From the human T2T-CHM13v2.0 reference genome, Homo sapiens, in assembly GCF_009914755.1 (NCBI RefSeq), contig NC_060926.1: a DNA stretch of 64,000 bases; one strand, 5' to 3'. Every line of letters begins with the position of its first letter. Positions within the stretch are counted from its first letter, which is position 1. This document shows, piece by piece, positions 39,501-64,000 of the stretch. The notes below the pieces were generated by a model. The model was given only the letters and a program-made list of their open reading frames with translations, was not told the DNA's origin and did not search any database. The translations under genes were made by a program, and so were the position numbers.

Positions 39501-42500
39501 AAAGTTCAGATTTTTAAATCAGGTCTTGGGACTCCCGATTCTGTTTTTCCACAGAGTCACCATCTATCCTGACAATGCTCCATTTCATGCTGTTTTTCCT
39601 CACCTTCAATACTGCTCCCCCATCCCCCCACCTCTAGGTGTGAAGGTTACCAGGAGAGACCTGAGCTCGCTGGCTCTGACTCCAAGGTGGCCTCAGTGGA
39701 AAGTTTCAAAAGGCAACCGGTTTGGTTTCACTGGCAGGGCAGCGGCAGGCGTTTGGGTTCTGGAGGCCCAGGAATGTAGAAGCCTCCAGCTAACAGACTC
39801 CACGCGCCTATCCTCCCAAACGCTCTCGGAGATAAGCTCCCAGCTCCCTCCCCTTTTCCACCTTCATGCACTTCCTGCTGTATTCTGTCCATTCCAGCAC
39901 TGGCCCTTTCTGTGGGTGGGTGGGCAGAGGATACAATTTCCTGCATGACTACTTGCTCATGATTCATACTTCTAAATGAAAGTACAACTGATATAAAAAA
40001 AAGATTTCTGGGTCTTCAATTAATAAAAAAATTACTAATACAGGTACCGGGGGTGGGGGGAGGTGCACGTACCTGACTAGTCTCCCTAGGGCCTAGCATA
40101 TCTATGGAAGGTATCCACACTTTGGGACTCAGGCCTTGACAACTGCTTGTGGTCGTGTCAAGGAAAGACACAGAAATTGTGCTAAATGACTCTCAAGGGT
40201 CTTCAAAGATCACCCAGCAGCTCAGGCCAGCCCCTAGAGATGACCTAAAGAGTCTTTCCTGAAAAGCAAGTCCCCCTTCCCATCTCTTGATGTTGGTTGG
40301 GGGCCACACTGCCCTTCATTTGAGCTACTCACCTACTAGCTCTCCTGAGGCAGCCAGAGGGAGGCCCTGGGTGGACACTGGGTTCTCTGGTGAACGCTGC
40401 CTGGTGGATTTCCAAGGCAGCCAGGACTGCCGTCATCCCACAGATGGGGAAGTGAGAAAGCTTGGGTCAGCGCGCCTGGGGACCGAGGTGACTAGGGACA
40501 TAGGAAAAGGACTCTCCCTCCCTACTTCCTCCAAAGGAGAGTTATCAAAGCTGCCCACCTGGGATGTCTTTCCCTTCCCAGCCCCTCCCTGTCACCAGTA
40601 CCAAAAGGAAGCAGGAAAACATCCGTCATCACAGCCCCGGATGCGGATTTTCCAGTGGCTCCTATCAGGATATCCCCCAGCCTTTTCCCAAGGGCTTAGG
40701 GATCTGGAAAAGTCAAAGATCTGGAAGGCAAGTGGTCACATTGCCAGCACCACTGTGAAAATCTGGACCTTGGGGAGGCTGAGTCTCTAACCGATCCCAG
40801 ACTAGTTTTAGAAGATCTGGTCAGCTCCCAGCCAGTCCCAGAGAGGGCCCATTACACACCCCAGGGGACAGCATACGCCCTTGGGCGACCTCACAGTGCA
40901 CACCTCTGCTCGGGTTACAGCCAGGTCTCTGGAGGGACTGAGTCGTCACCGACACCTCCTCTCCCCTTGGTATCTATTTCTCTCTTGGGGATGGGTATGT
41001 TTGGGGAGCAGTAGAGGAGGGGACAGTGGACAAGAGCCAGGACTGGGGAGGAAGGCTCCAGTTATCGACGCTGATGGACAGCTCGGCTCCTTCTCAGAGC
41101 CAGGTAGGGCCACCTTCGAGAACTGGAAACTCCCCCTGTTTAGCTTCTCAGGCCTCCCTACTTCCTCTTTGCCCTTGGCAGTAAGAACAAAGAAGGGAAA
41201 TTTCAAAGGTGATTTCCAGGTTTCCAGAGAAAAGTGAATAGCTACAGATGAACTGTCAGTGCATGCAGTGTTGGAGCAGGGCAGCCCGAGGGCGGGTGAA
41301 GGAGGCTGGCTCACCATAGTCCCTGCTCGTTCACTGGAGGATCTGAGGTTGACCTGATGCTGCCGGGGCTTCGGGGGTGCCCGGGCCATGGGGGCATGTG
41401 ACGCAGCCAGGAACAGAAACTTGAACTGTCACGGAGGTCGCTTGGCATCTAAGTCACCCTGGCCGAGGGTTTCTTACCCCTCTCATTTGGCAAAGGCTGC
41501 TAGGCAGAAAGGCGTCCTGTGTGGTATCCAGCACTGTGCTGTGCGTGTGCCCGTGCCCCTGAATAATAGATGCCCCCAGCTCCTAGCATTCTGGGGATGC
41601 AGTGAGGGAGGCAGCTGTGTCTGAAACAGCCCCAGGAACTGGTGAACTCCACTTTGGGTCTGCATGTTGAGCCACTTAGCCTGAAAGTCCTTTATTTTGG
41701 GGGAGTCTCTCTCCTAGTTAGCCTGCCCACCCTATCCCTGTGCATGAAAGCCGGAGAGGGAGGGGTACATAAAAGCAGAAGAGTTGTACACAGCCGCCAT
41801 GGGAGAATTAGCAGACAGCCAGGGTTGAGTTGAGGAGTGGGCACAGTCCAGTGTGGCAGGGGCAATCCTCTGCCACTGCCTAGCTACCTCTTGTGTCACC
41901 TGCAAAACCCCATCCAAACCCAGGAAGGGTCAGGAGGGGCCGGGGACTAAATGTGGATTCTCAGGGTTGGAGGAGTGGGCAAAGTAGATCTCCTGGAGCA
42001 CAAAGGGACCACTCCCTTCTCAAGGGGTTCAGGTCAAAGATACCTAGGACCCTATTAGGGATCAGGTCCCATGAACTCATCTGGGGCAAGTCGGAGGAAA
42101 AGCAAAAGCAGCATCTGGAAGTGTCTTCTGAACCGCCCCCACTCCTGAGGCTGGGGAGTTGATTTCAGAGCTCAGCACTAAATGGAATTAAGTGTAATTA
42201 CAGCCCTGATCCACATCTCACTCTGTGCGTCCTCCTCAGCAGGGGCGGGGAATGGGGAGTGGTCCCAGACTGGGTCCAAACAAACGTCCCATTCCTGGGT
42301 TTCTGACAGCTCTTGGGCCACAGTGGGCTGTAGGGAGCACTGCCCCTCCCCGGGGACTTGCAGACAGCCCTCTGCTACAGGCAGGACCTGGGCCTGGGCC
42401 CCAGTGCTGTAACTGTCGAGCTAAGAACCCAGCGAAACACAGGCAGAGGCATCAGGAGACTGGACGCTGGCATGAGCCCTCGGGACAGGGACTGAAGGAA

Positions 42501-42531
42501 GTGTTCTAAACCACTGATGCTGAAAGAAGAC

Positions 42532-42537
42532 TTTAAT
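42532..42537 (-). terminator. FAM178B: Likely FAM178B poly(A) signal (ATTAAA)
   Basis: Plus TTTAAT, ~370 nt after the stop codon. Confidence 0.65.
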
Positions 42538-42696
42538 GTGCACAAAGAAACCTCACATTAGTGACAGGGAGACAGAGGAAGGAGGGTGGGGAGGACTGAG
42601 GCCCAGGGAAACCAGAGCTATGGAGACAGAGGCCTTAGGGAAGAGGAGATGGCTGGGAGGAGGGCTGAGGGGTGGGCGAGGCAGAGAGGCCCATCC

Positions 42697-42788
42697 CTTG
42701 CTGAGAGGAGAGGGGGTCGGGGCGGTGGCAGAGGCAGGCTCTTGCAGAGAGGAGAGGGGTCGGGGCGGTGGCAGGGGCAGGCTCTTGC
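42697..42788. repeat. ~44-bp tandem duplication in the FAM178B 3' UTR
   Basis: CTTGC(T/A)GAGAGGAGAGGGG(G)TCGGGGCGGTGGCAG(A/G)GGCAGGCT x2. Confidence 0.85.
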
Positions 42789-42908
42789 CTCATCAGGCTG
42801 GTCAGCATGTGGCCTCCTCTGGCCTTGATGCTTCGCTTCCTCCAGTTCCCTGAGCCTGTTCACTTCCTGCTGAAGCCAGGAGCCCTGGGCTGCCCTGACC
42901 CTGTCCCT

Positions 42909-60696
<17,788 letters not shown>

Positions 60697-60929
60697 CTGG
60701 GGAGGAGAAGGGAGGCTGTCACTCACAGAGGGTGGTGGCCAAGAGCTCAGGGTGCTCCCGGGAATCGGCCTGGACACCTCAGCTGGTGGCAGTGTGTTAG
60801 GGCACTGGCTTCTGAGACACAGACCCACCTCTACCTTATGAACTGTGGCCTCTCGGATCCTGAGTGTTCTCATCTGTAAAATGGATCACACATACTTCCC
60901 AGGAGAGGAGGGGTACCCAAACATACCCA

Positions 60930-61580
60930 GCTCCCCCACGCCCCACCCACACACACACAGACCCACACACACTCTTCCCCCCACAGACCTGACACCCACC
61001 CACTCACCCACCCACTCATCCTCCCCACACCCACACATACCCAGGCCTCCCACCCCCCACCCACTCACCCACGTACACACAGACCCACATCCACACCTAC
61101 TCACCCCCTCCACAGACCCCACATCCACACCCACCCATTCACCCACCCACCCACATACACACAGACCCCCCCACACATACCCACTCATATCCCCAGACCC
61201 CCACACACCCCCACCCACATCCACCTACCCACTCACCCACATACAGACCTACATACACACCCACTCACCCCCCCACAGACCCCCCACCCACAGATCCCCA
61301 CCCACACCCTCCTACAGACCCCCACACACCCCCACCCCCATCTACCTACCCACTCACCGACATACACAGACCTACATACACACCCACTCACCCCCCCCAC
61401 AGACCCCCTACCCATAGATCCCCACCCACGCCCACTCACACACACACTCACCCACATACACAGACCCCCTATACACCCCCACCCACTCATCCCCCCACAC
61501 AGACCCCCACCCACACCCACCCAGTCATCCCCCCCATAGACCCTCACCCACACTCACCCACACCCATCCCCACCCCCTGC
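60930..61580. repeat. C/A-rich degenerate simple repeat (CACCC/CACA/CAGACCCC units)
   Basis: ~650 bp with very few G on the plus strand; internal near-duplication at ~61225-61290 and ~61345-61410. Confidence 0.9.
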
Positions 61581-63485
61581 ACTGCCGCTCTGCATCTGTG
61601 GGCCCACCCTCCCTTGCATCCCTCTCTTTTGGTTTAACTCTTCTCTGTGGAGGTTTGGAACACCATGAAGAGAGACCATGGACTAAGTCCCCAACAGTCC
61701 ATCACCATGAGCAAGACCACCATCATCTTCATTCCGCCTGGCCTGTGTCTTCAGCCCCTGCCTTCCACTCCCCTTCCCGCTCTTTTCCTTCCAGGGGATT
61801 TTAAAGCAAATACATCGTATTGTTTTACCCATAAAGAGCTTCTACAGAAAAGATAAGGATTTCCCCCCAATCTAATCATAATACCATTTCTTTCCTAACA
61901 GAATCAACGAGACTTCCTTATCATCATCCAACACCTGTGTTCAGTTTTCTCTGTCTCTAAAATGTCCTCCAACAGTTGGTCTGTTTGAAGGGAGATTCAA
62001 CACAAGGCCCACACACTGCTTTTGGCTGACTATGGCACCTAAGCTATTAGCCGCCCCAGCCCCCATTTAGTTTTTGAATAAACTGCCCAACCTCTCTGAA
62101 CCCCTCTGGAGGGAATGTGACCTGCGTAAGTCCAGGTGTCTACAGTTAGCCGCTCCTTCTGGCCCAGTGCATGCACTTGATTCGGGTAGCCTGGGCCCAG
62201 CCCCAGCAAGGACTGCCCAGCTGCCCTGAAGCTAACTCTTGGCTGGGGCAGAGGCAGGCAGGCTCCCAGCCCTTGGCCTCTGTGAGGCCACAGCAGCCCT
62301 GGGGGCAGGGCGGGGAGTAAGTGGGAGCAGATCCAGGGTAGTTCACAGAAGCACCATCTCTTTAGATGGCACAGAAGCAGGGTGGCCATGGGCTAGGGGC
62401 TTGAGCCCTGCAGCCCAGCCCCCCTCTTGAGCTTAGCCTGGCTGGCACACCTGGCTTCCTCCGGTGACTCACCTACCACCTGCTCAGCACATCAGCCGGT
62501 TATGGGCTGAGACAGCCCACAAGAGCAGCTGGGCTGGGGGCTAGGAGTCAGGCCCAGGGCCTCAGCTTCTGGGAGGCGGCCAGGGCTTCTCAGCCTAGTT
62601 TCTGATCCTTTTGGGAGGGGGGAGGAAGGTTCTGGGCGAAGGGAGGCACCATCTGGGGCTTCACCCAAACCATGGCTGTGCCACCTTCCTCAGGCTTCAC
62701 AAGTCAAGATAGTTTCCAGAACAGTTCTGCCCACTCAGGGCTCACAGCTGTGCAAGCACAGGGTCAGGCTCTGCAGCCCACACCCCCAGCGTGGCCTTTG
62801 GGCAGGCCTCGCCCAGCCGGGACCCTCCCTGCTACGGGAGGCCTGGGTGGGGCTGGGCAGGGGCGCACAGGACAGCACTCTTGCGATGCTTGCTCTTGTG
62901 TTTTTCCTCTCACTCATGAAAACAGCTTGGCTGTGCTCAGTGTAGCAAGCTGCTGCCCCTGCGATCTGCCTGTGCCGTTGTGCCTTCCGATTGTTTATTC
63001 CCTTTTGTTTCCATCTCTGGATGCTCCAGCCAGCCTCTCCCCCACACACAAACCCCTCTCCAGGATAAGGGGTTGTTTGGGCCTTGCAGGAACCAGCGGG
63101 GATGGGCCAGACCAGAACTCTCCCTACACCGACATCACTGCTGGCAGCTGGCTCTACAAACACTCAGCCGCTTAGGGCAGACACCTAGGGCGAGAAGCAA
63201 TGATCCCTCAGGAAGACAGGCCTCCACCAGCCTTCTCAGAGGCAGGGAAGAGGTGGTGGAGGCTGATTTCCAGAGAAGCAACTGGCCACACAGCATGTTG
63301 CTCCTGGGTGCAAATCCTGGCTTCCTCCTCACCTAGGACAGGAAGCCAAGATCTTAAGTGTCTGCAAAGACCCAACGACCTGCCTGCTGCTTCCTGGAGC
63401 TGGTGCCCTGCCTGGGCCTTCTGACCAGACAGCACCTGCCTCTCTCTTCCTTCCAGCCATTGCTCCACACCCACCTTCTCAGTGA

Positions 63486-63986
<501 letters not shown>

Positions 63987-64000
63987 AGTCAAGACTGCAG

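Noticed and set aside
60845-61417. His/Pro/Thr-rich 190-aa ORF and Val/Gly/Trp-rich reverse ORFs
   Set aside because: Translations of the CA-rich simple repeat.

Overview
Primate (very likely human) GC- and Alu-rich genomic DNA. The spliced proteins match the chr2q11.2 cluster as I recall it. Four genes lie in tandem on the minus strand: the last four coding exons of FAM178B (60696->42909), complete SEMA4C (14 coding exons, 833 aa, CpG-island promoter at ~35.2-37.2 kb), complete ANKRD39 (4 exons, 183 aa) and complete ANKRD23/DARP (9 exons, 305 aa). The first ~2 kb is probably the 3' UTR of the convergent CNNM3 gene (inferred from gene order; no coding evidence). All exons were assembled by hand with GT-AG boundaries and consistent frames. 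I found no new protein-coding system; most ORF-track entries are Alu- or GC-content artefacts. The best leads are RNA-level: (1) ANKRD23 exon 2 begins with GTAAGT directly after its acceptor, a recursive-type splice site on an in-frame exon; (2) ANKRD39-ANKRD23 read-through would be in frame; (3) miR-19, miR-138, let-7 and miR-125 seed sites are packed into 28 nt of the SEMA4C 3' UTR; (4) SEMA4C has two stop-free in-frame introns. Other observations: a CArG box superimposed on the ANKRD23 TATA box, a 35-nt U2 snRNA retro-fragment, a collapsed inverted-Alu scar, and local duplications carrying transcription-factor motifs.
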